DNA of 64,000 bases, taken from positions 13,339 to 77,338 of the forward strand of contig JAEOTM010000133.1 of the NCBI GenBank assembly GCA_016839815.1, written 5' to 3'. Below are positions 10,348-20,305 of this stretch, piece after piece; position 1 is the stretch's first letter, and each line of letters begins with the position of its first letter. Origin of the DNA: Candidatus Hodarchaeota archaeon (GTDB lineage Archaea > Asgardarchaeota > Heimdallarchaeia > Hodarchaeales > Hodarchaeaceae). The translations under genes and the position numbers were made by a program. The notes under the pieces were generated by a model. That model worked only from the letters and a program-made list of their open reading frames with translations. It did no database searches and had not been told where the DNA came from.

Positions 10348-10968
10348 TTGGTGATCAAAGGGGTATTGTTTGATTTAGGTGGAGTATTAATCGATAATCC
10401 TGCAGAAGAAATGAAATCATATATTATGAATCTGCTTGACGTTAGTCCTGATAAATTGCAATCACTCACCTCCCCTTTAATGCCCCTGTTCCAGAAAGGA
10501 ATGATTGAGGAAGGGGAGTTCTGGAAACGAGTATTTAGTGAGATTCCCATGATTGACAATCTACCTCCTTCAATTTGGACTGAAGCAATAAAAAGATCTT
10601 ATTCTCCACGAGACTACATGTTCACACTAGCTTCGGACCTTAAAGCACATGGATTGAAAATTGGAATCTTGTCCAATACTGAAGTTCCAGTTGTAAACTT
10701 TCTTTCTAAAATAGACTTTTCTATTTTTGATGTACTATTATATTCTTGTTTAGAAGGAACGAGAAAACCTGAAAAAGAGATATATCTACTTGCCACTAAA
10801 CGTATGGGAGTTAAAGCCGAAGAATTAATTTTTATTGATGATTTTGAAGAAAATGTTCAAGCAGGAATCGAAAATGGAATGCACAGTATTTTATATACCT
10901 CTTATTCGCACTTCTATAAAGAGCTTGAAAAACTGACGAGAAATTTTCCTCTAAACAATAAATATTAA
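10348..10968 (+). CDS. HAD-superfamily phosphatase (YihX-like)
   Basis: FDLGGVL motif I, LSNT, RKPE, FIDD. Confidence 0.88.
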   Translation: MVIKGVLFDLGGVLIDNPAEEMKSYIMNLLDVSPDKLQSLTSPLMPLFQKGMIEEGEFWKRVFSEIPMIDNLPPSIWTEAIKRSYSPRDYMFTLASDLKAHGLKIGILSNTEVPVVNFLSKIDFSIFDVLLYSCLEGTRKPEKEIYLLATKRMGVKAEELIFIDDFEENVQAGIENGMHSILYTSYSHFYKELEKLTRNFPLNNKY

Positions 10969-11029
10969 ACTATATACAAGGTTACAGGAGTATAGGAAAA
11001 ATTTTTACTTCTCTTTCTATGGTGTTATA

Positions 11030-11776
11030 TTGAACTCAATCAAAACAATTTCACTGGATCTTTTCGAAACATTAGTTCATTTTAACGCTAAGGAATTTAA
11101 TTCTCGTGTAACACTTGAAAAAGCTCTTCAATCTCATCCCAATGTTCCCGAAATCCCATTTGAAGATCTCTACTCTCAATATTACACGATTGTACGCAAG
11201 AAAATGCGTGATTACACTACCGAAATTGAATTTCGCAATGATGAAATCTTATTACAGATTTGGGAAAATTATCAGTTTCCAGTAACTGCTAACCTAGAAA
11301 AAACTGCTTTCAAAGTGATGACATCTTATTTCTCTGATGTGACACACTTAGTTTCTCCCTTCAAGGGTGTGTATAACACACTTGATTATTTGATTGACAA
11401 GGAGATTCAACTAATTCTTTTGTCAAATCATAGTTGGGCACCAAATGGTTGGGAATTAATTGAGTATTACAATTTAACAGATTATTTTACAAAAATAATC
11501 TTCTCTGCAGATGTTGGTTACAAAAAACCCTCTCCTAAGATATTCCACTTCATTAATGAATCATTTCCAGATTCAAATTCCTCGGAGATTCTCCATATCG
11601 GAGATGATATCTTAGCAGATGTTGGCGGAGCACTTAGATACGGAATAAAAGCATTGTGGATTGAAAATTCACGATTTAACACTCTTACAGATAATTACTC
11701 AAACCATCCCAACTATTTAGGTAAAATTTCGAATATTCGAGACCTTCCCACCTTTCTTGAACAGAATTTTGTATAA
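11030..11776 (+). CDS. HAD-superfamily hydrolase
   Basis: LDLFETL motif I, LSNH, KKPSP, HIGDDILADVGGA. Confidence 0.85.
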   Translation: MNSIKTISLDLFETLVHFNAKEFNSRVTLEKALQSHPNVPEIPFEDLYSQYYTIVRKKMRDYTTEIEFRNDEILLQIWENYQFPVTANLEKTAFKVMTSYFSDVTHLVSPFKGVYNTLDYLIDKEIQLILLSNHSWAPNGWELIEYYNLTDYFTKIIFSADVGYKKPSPKIFHFINESFPDSNSSEILHIGDDILADVGGALRYGIKALWIENSRFNTLTDNYSNHPNYLGKISNIRDLPTFLEQNFV

Positions 11777-11855
11777 ACATAACTCTTTTACAGGTGGAGA
11801 GAATCGCTTCCTAACTTCAGATAGAAGGTTTAATGATAATTCTTGGGTGATAGAT

Positions 11856-12410
11856 ATGCAGACTTATGTTAAGCAATCATTTAAGGATCAATTAGAACAA
11901 ATATCAGATGAAGAGTTAAGAAAAAAAGTTATAGACGTCTGTGTCGAAGCTTTACGACTTGGTAATGATGAAAAAGGGTGGACTGATATGGATTTTCCAT
12001 TCACACTCTTGATTCCAAACTTAAAGGTAAGTTATGCGGATCATGTCCGCATTGTAACAAATTTAGCAATTCAATCGGCAAAAATTCTTATCGAAAGTGG
12101 AGTTCCCATCAATCTTGATGTTTTAATAGCGAGTGCTATATTACATGATGTGGGCAAACCAATTGAATATGCCAAAAATCCAGATGGCACTGTTGGAAAA
12201 TCAGATACTGGAAATCGCTTAAGACATCCAGTCACTGGAGCTGGATTAGCACTTAAACACGAAATGGCATATGAAATCGTTCAGAATATTTATCAACATT
12301 CGTGGGAAGGAGAACGAGGTCCAGGACGGACAGCAGAAGGGGAGATCCTTCATCGCTGTGATTTCCTCCACTACGGACCTTTAAAAATATCAATGAGTAA
12401 AGGGAATTAA
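11856..12410 (+). CDS. HD-domain (HDIG) metal-dependent phosphohydrolase
   Basis: DHVRIV...ILHDVGK...RHPVTG...HS...D. The ATG at 11856 follows a GGGTGA Shine-Dalgarno-like site. Confidence 0.82.
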   Translation: MQTYVKQSFKDQLEQISDEELRKKVIDVCVEALRLGNDEKGWTDMDFPFTLLIPNLKVSYADHVRIVTNLAIQSAKILIESGVPINLDVLIASAILHDVGKPIEYAKNPDGTVGKSDTGNRLRHPVTGAGLALKHEMAYEIVQNIYQHSWEGERGPGRTAEGEILHRCDFLHYGPLKISMSKGN

Positions 12411-12422
12411 GGAGAGGAAAAA

Positions 12423-13559
12423 ATGAGTAAACAATACAAAATTGGATTTCTTCCAGGTGATGGAATCGGAGTAGACGTCTTAGAGGCTTCTAAAGCGATC
12501 TTGGATATAGCTGATTTTAATGCGGAATATATCCCATTAGATATTGGTTTTAAGATTTTTGAAAAGGAAGGGGATGCATTACCTTCTCGTACCATCGACG
12601 CATTGAAAAAATGTGACGCGGCATTATTTGGAGCAATTACAAGTAAACCACGAACTGATCCAAGTGTTCAAAAGGTAGAAAAAGAGTTTAGTGTAACTTA
12701 TCGTTCACCTATTGTACGATTGCGGCAGGTTTTTGATCTATACAGCAATATGCGACCCTCCAAAAGTTATGAGGGTAACCCGTTAAATTTTAGAAAAATC
12801 GATGGATCTATTCCGCACATTGACATTGTAACGTTCCGAGAAAATACCCAAGGTCTGTACAGTGGGGTCGAATTTGAAAGTTTAATTCCTGAATTAAAAA
12901 CAATTGATAAGTTTGAAGCATTCCAAGCGAGAACAGGTGCCTCTGATGACGACATTCGAGTCAGTTGTCGTGTTTTTACGAAAGCTGGATGTGATAGAAT
13001 TATTCGTAAAGCTTTTGAGTATGCTAAGACGACGGGTCGCAATAAAGTAACTGTTGTTCACAAAGCTAATGTGATTCGAGCTACTGATGGTTTATTCCTG
13101 GAAACTGCTAAAGCAATTGCTTCTGAATATCCAGAAGTAGAATGGTGGGATGAGAATATAGATGCGACAGCCATGTGGTTAATGAAACGGCCTGATGAAT
13201 ATTCTGTGATTGTTTCATCGAATATGTTTGGCGATATCATCACTGACCAAGCTGCAATGCTCAGTGGTGGTCTTGGATTTGCAGCTTCGGCCTCAACATC
13301 AAAAGAATTTGGTGTATTCGAACCAAATCATGGTAGTGCTCCCAAATATGCTGGACAAAATAAAGTAAATCCTATAGCCGCCATAAAATCAATTGCATTG
13401 ATGTGGGAATGGTTAGGAGAAATTAAACTATCAAATAATCTTGAAGCTGCAATTACTGAAAATGTAAAAAATGGTAAAGTTCGTACTTACGATATGGGTG
13501 GAACAAGTACTACAACTGGCGTCGCCAATGACATTGCTCGAATTTTCGGAGAGAAATAG
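12423..13559 (+). CDS. Isocitrate/isopropylmalate-family beta-decarboxylating dehydrogenase, probably homoisocitrate dehydrogenase-like
   Basis: PGDGIG, RENTQGLY, VHKANV, NMFGDIITD, FEPNHGSAP and NPIA motifs. The YRSPIVRLR substrate region resembles homoisocitrate dehydrogenases more than LeuB. Confidence 0.85.
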   Translation: MSKQYKIGFLPGDGIGVDVLEASKAILDIADFNAEYIPLDIGFKIFEKEGDALPSRTIDALKKCDAALFGAITSKPRTDPSVQKVEKEFSVTYRSPIVRLRQVFDLYSNMRPSKSYEGNPLNFRKIDGSIPHIDIVTFRENTQGLYSGVEFESLIPELKTIDKFEAFQARTGASDDDIRVSCRVFTKAGCDRIIRKAFEYAKTTGRNKVTVVHKANVIRATDGLFLETAKAIASEYPEVEWWDENIDATAMWLMKRPDEYSVIVSSNMFGDIITDQAAMLSGGLGFAASASTSKEFGVFEPNHGSAPKYAGQNKVNPIAAIKSIALMWEWLGEIKLSNNLEAAITENVKNGKVRTYDMGGTSTTTGVANDIARIFGEK

Positions 13560-13728
13560 CTCTCCTCATATTTCTTTTTTCATTTTAGGATTAGATAAGT
13601 TCGAAATTCTGAATTAAATTCTTTTTAATTCGGTTCTAATATCTTCCTCTTAATCAGAGAGAGGTTAATGAACAACCTGAAGATTACTCTCCATGAGAAG
13701 GATTTAAGAATTACTTGAGGATGTATAA

Positions 13729-14310
13729 ATGAACTTAAACTCGAAAAAAGAATTAGAAGAAAGGATAAGCGAACTAGAAAAAGAGATGTGGGAGAAAGAA
13801 AAAGAGGTAGTTGGATTAAAAAAGACTCTTTCAGAAAAGGATGTTCACGATTATAAATTTGACACCCTAAACGGTAAGGTGTCTCTTTCCGAACTATTTG
13901 GAGATAATCAAGATTTAATCGTAATACATAATATGGGAAAGAAATGCCCTTATTGTACGATGTGGGCTGATGGATTTAATGGATTACTCCATCATTTAAC
14001 GGATCGGGCGGCATTTATTGTGGTTTCACCTGATGATCCTGCAGTCCAACAAGAATTTGCTAAAAGGCGAAATTGGAAATTTACACTTGTATCAGCTAAA
14101 TCAAATTCCTTCACCAAAGACATGGGTTATGAATTTGAAAACAAGAAATATATGCCTGGGGTATCTGTATTTTACAAAAATGATACAGGAGAGATTATAC
14201 GAACTGGAATGGACGTATTTGGCCCAGGTGATAATTATAACAGTCCATGGCATCTATTCCAATTACTCAAAGATGGAGTAAATGAATGGAGCCCCAAATT
14301 TGAATATTAA
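13729..14310 (+). CDS. DUF899 family thioredoxin-like protein
   Basis: LSELFG..QDLIVIHNMG..CPYCTMWADG and PGVSVF motifs. Confidence 0.8.
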   Translation: MNLNSKKELEERISELEKEMWEKEKEVVGLKKTLSEKDVHDYKFDTLNGKVSLSELFGDNQDLIVIHNMGKKCPYCTMWADGFNGLLHHLTDRAAFIVVSPDDPAVQQEFAKRRNWKFTLVSAKSNSFTKDMGYEFENKKYMPGVSVFYKNDTGEIIRTGMDVFGPGDNYNSPWHLFQLLKDGVNEWSPKFEY

Positions 14311-14398
14311 CTTTTTTTAATGAGTAGTGGGAAAATAATACAACTAAGAAAGTGTATCTAAACCAAGAGATGTTTCTTCAAATTAGAGGCAGATAATC

Positions 14399-15445
14399 AT
14401 GTCTTTCGGTATAAATTTGATACAATCTGGGTTGAGATTTCTTCAGGTTGACCCTAACCATTATTTTTGGTTTTTTTCAAATTTATTAATGCTCATTGTA
14501 GTTTGTTGTGGAATAGCGTTAGTTATCTATGGAATGAAGAGAACAGTTACCTTGAAAACAGGTTCTGGTCCATGGATAATATTTGGACTCAGTCTAACCC
14601 TTCCTTCCATATTAAATGAAATTTTTGATGAATTTGAAATCATCATCAGCGGAAATTTCTATCCTGATATTCTTTATGATTTCATCTTTACATTTTCTCC
14701 ATTATTCACACTTTTGGGTTCCTTAGCTCTCATTGTGGGGATATATCGTCAGTTTTTGGTCGGAGAAAATCTAAGTCAGGAAATGATGAGGAAAAATGTG
14801 GAACTCGAATTTCAAAGGCAGGAATTAAGTAAATTTGCTCATACTCTGAAACATGATTTAAGGAACGAACTCGCTTTAATCTTAACCACAACCGAACTTA
14901 TTGAAAGGAAGGGATCATTTGATACTGATGAAATTGAACTTATAAAGCGAAGAACACGTCAAATTACCTCCTTAATTAATCGTTCTATAGAATTAGCGGA
15001 TGCTGGACTAATTGTAGGTGAAAAAATCAAAATAAACCTCAATAAACTTTTACAAGAAGTAGCCGAGGCAACAGTACCCCCATCCATTATATTTACCACA
15101 GCTGATCTCCCCCCTTTATATGCTGACAGGGATAAATTATATCAGGTTTTTAAAAATTTACTTGAAAACGCAGTCATACATGCAAAACCAAAAACAATTG
15201 AAATTGCTTCTAAACATACCGATGAGGAAGTACATATCCTTCTTACTCATGATGGAAAGCCAGTACGAGTAGATATTCGGTCTAAAATGTTCCAAGAGGA
15301 AGTTATGGTTCACGAAGGTGATGCAGGGATGGGATTAAGAATCATCACTCGCATAGTGGAAGCTCATGGATGGGAAATTATGTTAGACAATACGGGAAGA
15401 ACGGTCGTAATTATTATACCACAAGAAACATTAGTACGAGACTAG
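14399..15445 (+). CDS. Membrane-bound sensor histidine kinase (orphan)
   Basis: Three N-terminal TM helices, H-box KHDLRN, N-box FKNLLENAVIH, G2 GMGL; the G1 box (THDGKP) is atypical. Confidence 0.85.
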   Translation: MSFGINLIQSGLRFLQVDPNHYFWFFSNLLMLIVVCCGIALVIYGMKRTVTLKTGSGPWIIFGLSLTLPSILNEIFDEFEIIISGNFYPDILYDFIFTFSPLFTLLGSLALIVGIYRQFLVGENLSQEMMRKNVELEFQRQELSKFAHTLKHDLRNELALILTTTELIERKGSFDTDEIELIKRRTRQITSLINRSIELADAGLIVGEKIKINLNKLLQEVAEATVPPSIIFTTADLPPLYADRDKLYQVFKNLLENAVIHAKPKTIEIASKHTDEEVHILLTHDGKPVRVDIRSKMFQEEVMVHEGDAGMGLRIITRIVEAHGWEIMLDNTGRTVVIIIPQETLVRD

Positions 15446-15449
15446 GAGA

Positions 15450-15728
15450 ATGGGAATCAAAGTCATTTTTTTTGGTCCATTGGAACGATGGGCTGGGAAA
15501 CGCGAGTTTATTGCTGAAGGAAATTCAATTATGGAAATTTTTGAATATCTTGAAGAAGCAATTGGTAAGTCTCTGATCAATCACATTGCTAAACCCGACA
15601 CAGGCGAAATAAAAAGTCATTTTCATGTACTCTTAAATGGTATCGACACAGATTCAAAAGAATGTCTGACCATTTCTGTAAAGAAGGGAGATATTGTAAC
15701 TATCGTCCCACCCATTGGTGGAGGATAA
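15450..15728 (+). CDS. MoaD/ThiS/SAMP ubiquitin-like sulfur carrier
   Basis: 92 aa beta-grasp pattern, VLLNG, ends in GDIVTIVPPIGGG. Confidence 0.88.
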   Translation: MGIKVIFFGPLERWAGKREFIAEGNSIMEIFEYLEEAIGKSLINHIAKPDTGEIKSHFHVLLNGIDTDSKECLTISVKKGDIVTIVPPIGGG

Positions 15729-15847
15729 TTTAAAGCCTTAATTATTTAATCTCTGTATATTAAATCTAAATCTGTCATGAGAAAAATTTAAATGAAAAAG
15801 TTCATTTAACAGACTCAAATCATTTATAATCAACTTCCTCACAAAAG

Positions 15848-18379
15848 ATGGCTGATTGTGTGGCATCACGTAAATTCCTTCAGAATCGAAGTTACTACTT
15901 AGAAGCTCTCCAGCAACACAAACGAGCTGTAGCATTAATCATTGCTGTAATGGTCACAGCACCACTTTTTGCTTTTACCTCATTACCCCCTGTGGAAGTT
16001 GTTAATGAGGTTCCCCAGGAAAAGGAAATTGACATTCCCGTTCTAGTGAACAGGACGATTGAAGTGGAAGTTAATGTGACGGAAGAAGTGGTACTAAATA
16101 GAACTGTTGTAGTAGGGAATTTTACAACAGGAGGAAACATATTTTTAGAACCACAACCTGCACCTCCATTAATTGATTCCGATATCGTATTGTGCATTGA
16201 TATCTCTGGAAGTATGGATGCTACAAGAATGCCTATTGCGCAATCAGCAATTAGAGAATTTGTGGAAATTTTAAATCAATCTAATTCCTTAGGATTATCG
16301 AATGATCGTATTGCCTTGGTCTCGTTTGCAGGTGATCGAGATGGGAATTGGACAAATGATGCTACTGTTCATGCAGATTTGGATTATTTTTCAAATCAAA
16401 CCCACATTTCAGAATTACTAAACGAATCTAATAACTTAGTAGGGAACGGATGGACTGATGCCTGGGCTGGACTGAATTTTTCTCTTGAGCTTCTTCTAAA
16501 TAATGAAAGAAATAGTTCATCGCTAAAGAGTATACTGTTTCTTACTGACGGAGCACATAACACTGGCCCTTGGGGTACCGATGTTTCTACCAACCTAAAT
16601 TACACTGGATTTTTAAGTGAGCCAGGTAATTTTTCCTTTTCTGATAATACACAAGGAGGGCCTTACTCAGAAAGCCCTGTGAAGATGGCTAGAATGAACG
16701 ATATTAAGATTCATTCAATCGGCCTTTTCCAAGGATCAGCGTTTGAATTTGATGAAAATTTCTTACGTAATATATCAGTAAATGCCACATATGGAACATT
16801 TGGAGAATTCTTTGCTGGAAATGATACACTAACTCTTTCAGAAGGATTCTTACAAGCTAGAGATAGAGCTTCAGGATGGTCTTTAATTAATTCTTCTGAT
16901 ATGATTCTAACCAGTAATGTATCTCAAAATTTGTTCTCATATAACGTTACACAGAATGTGCGTCGTTTAAAGTGGGATTTAAATTGGAATAATTCAGGTT
17001 CAGACTTTGAATTAACTGCTATTCATCCAAATGGGAGTAGCTTTCAGATTACAAATTATACTGAGAAAAATATTATTCCTGTTACACTTAGTCATCCAAA
17101 ATCGGTGATCTTTGATTATCCATCCCTTGGCATCTGGAAGTTTAACATATCGATAATGAATGAATCTAACCCCAATGAACCAATTAAGAGTCGATTGTCC
17201 TCCTATGAACCGCCAATATTCATAGAGTCTATTCGTCAGTATGAACCTACAGTAGGAAATCAAACAATACTTTCAGATATTGAAAAATCAGTAACCAATA
17301 ATTTGGAAGTACCAGGTTATGAGAACTCCATCCCATATAAAATTTTAGGAACAACGGCAAACGGTACGTCCAATAATCAATCAGTACTATTTTTAGTCAA
17401 TGTAACAAATAAAAATCCATTGTTCACATACCATAACATAACTGTCTACGTTTTAGGGAATTTTACAGATTACAATGTGTCAATGAATTGGTCTCCTACC
17501 TCAATAGATTCGCTTGATACAGGTAAGTTTTCAGAGTTTCTCCTCAATTTAACTTTCAATGAACCAGTATTTCTACAGGGTACAATATTTTTCAAGGTAA
17601 ATTGCTCAGAAGGGTTTCACGATGCTGTAGCTCAAGAAGTTTCATTAGATTATCGGATAACAACACAGAATATTACTGTCGAAACATATACCCAAGAAAT
17701 TACAACCATTGTTGTTGAAACCCAATCTACCCAGATTACCATTGTATCACAAGGATTAACCACGATATATAATTACAATCGTCAAGCTTTTGATACACTC
17801 AAATGGGGAGGATTTTTTGTAACATTTGGATTGTTATTATCATTTCTTGCTGTATATGTATCTGCACATGCATATCAATTACGAAGTCTAGCAAAGAGTT
17901 TTCGAACCCGTCTGTTCCCTGACCAAACAATATTGGAGCTAGCATTACAACAGGAGGGGATTTCTGTGGCCCCAGAAGAACTTAGTGCCGCAATTGAGGC
18001 CACCGATGACCTAGACCAATTTGGCGAAAATATTTTCTCACTGACGGGGAAAAAATTAACACCAAAGGATTTAATACGGTTAACTTCGGGAGTATCGACA
18101 GATCAGGTTATAACTCGTTTAAGTTTTGTCACAGGCCGGTCACCTGATGAAATCGCATCACTATTAAATCAAGCTCCTTCCGTTGAACAACTCATCTCCC
18201 AATTAAGTCTAGATGAAGAGCGTTTTCTGGATATTATCACTCGTGATGAACAGGTTTTAAGTTTTCAATCTAAAATTGCCGCTCTTATTACTCCTACACA
18301 GAGAGAAATATCACAGATTATTCTCAATGACGATTTAGACATCTCAAAATTTCGATCCCAACTAAGAAGAAAGCTATAA
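15848..18379 (+). CDS. Membrane-anchored von Willebrand factor A domain surface protein with a cytoplasmic tail
   Basis: N-terminal TM helix, MIDAS DISGS...T...LTDG, many N-x-S/T sequons, a second TM helix (WGGFFVTFGLLLSFLAVYV) and a ~165 aa helical C-terminus. Confidence 0.8.
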   Translation: MADCVASRKFLQNRSYYLEALQQHKRAVALIIAVMVTAPLFAFTSLPPVEVVNEVPQEKEIDIPVLVNRTIEVEVNVTEEVVLNRTVVVGNFTTGGNIFLEPQPAPPLIDSDIVLCIDISGSMDATRMPIAQSAIREFVEILNQSNSLGLSNDRIALVSFAGDRDGNWTNDATVHADLDYFSNQTHISELLNESNNLVGNGWTDAWAGLNFSLELLLNNERNSSSLKSILFLTDGAHNTGPWGTDVSTNLNYTGFLSEPGNFSFSDNTQGGPYSESPVKMARMNDIKIHSIGLFQGSAFEFDENFLRNISVNATYGTFGEFFAGNDTLTLSEGFLQARDRASGWSLINSSDMILTSNVSQNLFSYNVTQNVRRLKWDLNWNNSGSDFELTAIHPNGSSFQITNYTEKNIIPVTLSHPKSVIFDYPSLGIWKFNISIMNESNPNEPIKSRLSSYEPPIFIESIRQYEPTVGNQTILSDIEKSVTNNLEVPGYENSIPYKILGTTANGTSNNQSVLFLVNVTNKNPLFTYHNITVYVLGNFTDYNVSMNWSPTSIDSLDTGKFSEFLLNLTFNEPVFLQGTIFFKVNCSEGFHDAVAQEVSLDYRITTQNITVETYTQEITTIVVETQSTQITIVSQGLTTIYNYNRQAFDTLKWGGFFVTFGLLLSFLAVYVSAHAYQLRSLAKSFRTRLFPDQTILELALQQEGISVAPEELSAAIEATDDLDQFGENIFSLTGKKLTPKDLIRLTSGVSTDQVITRLSFVTGRSPDEIASLLNQAPSVEQLISQLSLDEERFLDIITRDEQVLSFQSKIAALITPTQREISQIILNDDLDISKFRSQLRRKL

Positions 18380-18390
18380 GATCGGGATTG

Positions 18391-19323
18391 TCAGGTACTA
18401 AAAATTTTGTTTTCTAAGCTTTGATATTGGTTTGCTGAAACCGTACGTAATGAAGTAGAATCGCTTATTATCTGTAATATCATTTCAGTAGTGGATTGAA
18501 AGTCTTTGGCACATTTCATTTTATGAAATTGTGAATCAACCGTAGGGAGTTCATATTGAGGAATTATTTTATTAAATTCGGGATCTTCCCTTACCATTCC
18601 TAAGACTGGATATGAAAAAGATTCCATTACCTGTTCTATCCATTTCTCGCTCAGAACTTTCTCAGATACTTTATTAAATACTAACCCGTTTAAACTTAAT
18701 CCAGGTTCTGCAAACATGCTATAATCTTTGAGAAATCTTTCTAGTGTTTGAATTTCAGAAATGACTTTATTTACGCTTACTTTATTTAGATCAACAATAC
18801 CTAAAATCATATTTGAATTCAATAAGGCAGCGATCTCAAAAAATCTTTGCTGCCTCGCTTCAATCAGTGGCAAATCAAAAAACATGTACTTTGCACCTGC
18901 TTTTTCTATAGCATCAGCAATCTCACAAATATGTCGTGTGAGCTCAAGAGTATCAGATTTAGATACGGTACTAGTCATCCCACGTTCAAATACGGGAATC
19001 ATAAAGAATAGTGGGTCATTTGTATCTTTATGTGCAAATTTTGATGGGAAACTGCATTTAGACCAGTCTAGAGTCTGAGAAGACTCCTTCATTTCCTCTG
19101 TGATAGAGGTTAGTTCCCCCATCCGCATTAAGATCTTATCAGAGGCAAAAAACTGTATGGTTGTATACATATTCGAAAAATCGAAAATACACGCAAGAGG
19201 GAAGTTTGGAACACTCTGGGGTTGATCTTTCATCCATCTTTTTACTAGTTCATACCCTAATGTGGCCATAACTGGTGTTTGGGAACTGGTAGTACCAGCC
19301 GAGACAAATGATATCTTTAACAT
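18391..19323 (-). CDS. Degenerate MinD/ParA (SIMIBI)-like protein lacking the Walker A lysines
   Basis: Motif order KISFVS...(P-loop position)...IFDFS...YMFFDLP...GLVFNKV...PVLGMVREDP follows the MinD pattern. Confidence 0.6.
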   Translation of the reverse strand: MLKISFVSAGTTSSQTPVMATLGYELVKRWMKDQPQSVPNFPLACIFDFSNMYTTIQFFASDKILMRMGELTSITEEMKESSQTLDWSKCSFPSKFAHKDTNDPLFFMIPVFERGMTSTVSKSDTLELTRHICEIADAIEKAGAKYMFFDLPLIEARQQRFFEIAALLNSNMILGIVDLNKVSVNKVISEIQTLERFLKDYSMFAEPGLSLNGLVFNKVSEKVLSEKWIEQVMESFSYPVLGMVREDPEFNKIIPQYELPTVDSQFHKMKCAKDFQSTTEMILQIISDSTSLRTVSANQYQSLENKIFST

Positions 19324-19406
19324 GATAATCCTCTATATTCAGGAGAATTTGTGATCGTTCCTCATTGACCTTCAGAGATATGTAAGTATCTGAATTTTTA
19401 AGTCAT

Positions 19407-20303
19407 TTAACTATACGTTCGAAATAACCGTTGCGCATTTTGATAAAATAATTTTTGGTAAAATGAAGTACTCATCCCTCGATCTAACCAACTACTAATT
19501 GCATTCTGATATGGATAGGGAATATTCGGATAATCACTACCAAACATAAGCCGATCTGATAACTCCTCCAATTCATGATTTTCTATAGTGGCCAAAGGGT
19601 CATCAAAGGCTGGATTATTCTTCACACCTACCATGGCTGTATCAAAATATAAATTCGGATATTCTTCGATTAATGTCCACATTTCATGAAATTCATTGGC
19701 TCCTAAATGGGGAACAATTACTTTTAACTCCGGAAATCTTTCTAAAAATGGACGAAGGTATTGAACACCGACATAAGGGCATTCTAATGTTTTAGAAGGA
19801 TGAAAATTAGAGTGATCGGGCCCTGTTCCAATATGTACTAGCAAAATCCGATCATAATCAGCGATTTGTTGGTACAATGGAAGCAACCGCTCATCTGATA
19901 AATAAAAGGAGGTTACCATCAATTGTAATTTCATTCCTGCAAAATTCAATTCACGAAAAATACGTTCTGTTTCTAATTCACAATTTACGTCATCTGGATG
20001 AATAGTTCCAAAGGGTATTGCCTGAGTACCATCACCAACAGAAGAACAGAAAGAATGAGTCCAATTATTCAGGGAATTAGCTATCCCCCCCTTATGGGCA
20101 TAATTCAAGACAATAAAATTACAAACATCATGAATAGAAACCAATTCATTCACAAGAGAGTCTATAGGACCTTTTTGATGAATTGGCCAGTAATTTGCTT
20201 CGAAGTATTGCCAGATCCTTCCAAACATCCTAGGAGGAAAAAAATGTGTGTGGGTATCAAAAATCGGAAATTTCATGAGGAGGTCATTTATATTCAATAT
20301 CAT
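19407..20303 (-). CDS. Amidohydrolase family 2 (TIM-barrel metal-dependent hydrolase)
   Basis: DTHTH, GTIHP, VHIG, PHLG, YFDT and FGSDYP motifs. Confidence 0.85.
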   Translation of the reverse strand: MILNINDLLMKFPIFDTHTHFFPPRMFGRIWQYFEANYWPIHQKGPIDSLVNELVSIHDVCNFIVLNYAHKGGIANSLNNWTHSFCSSVGDGTQAIPFGTIHPDDVNCELETERIFRELNFAGMKLQLMVTSFYLSDERLLPLYQQIADYDRILLVHIGTGPDHSNFHPSKTLECPYVGVQYLRPFLERFPELKVIVPHLGANEFHEMWTLIEEYPNLYFDTAMVGVKNNPAFDDPLATIENHELEELSDRLMFGSDYPNIPYPYQNAISSWLDRGMSTSFYQKLFYQNAQRLFRTYS

Positions 20304-20305
20304 TG

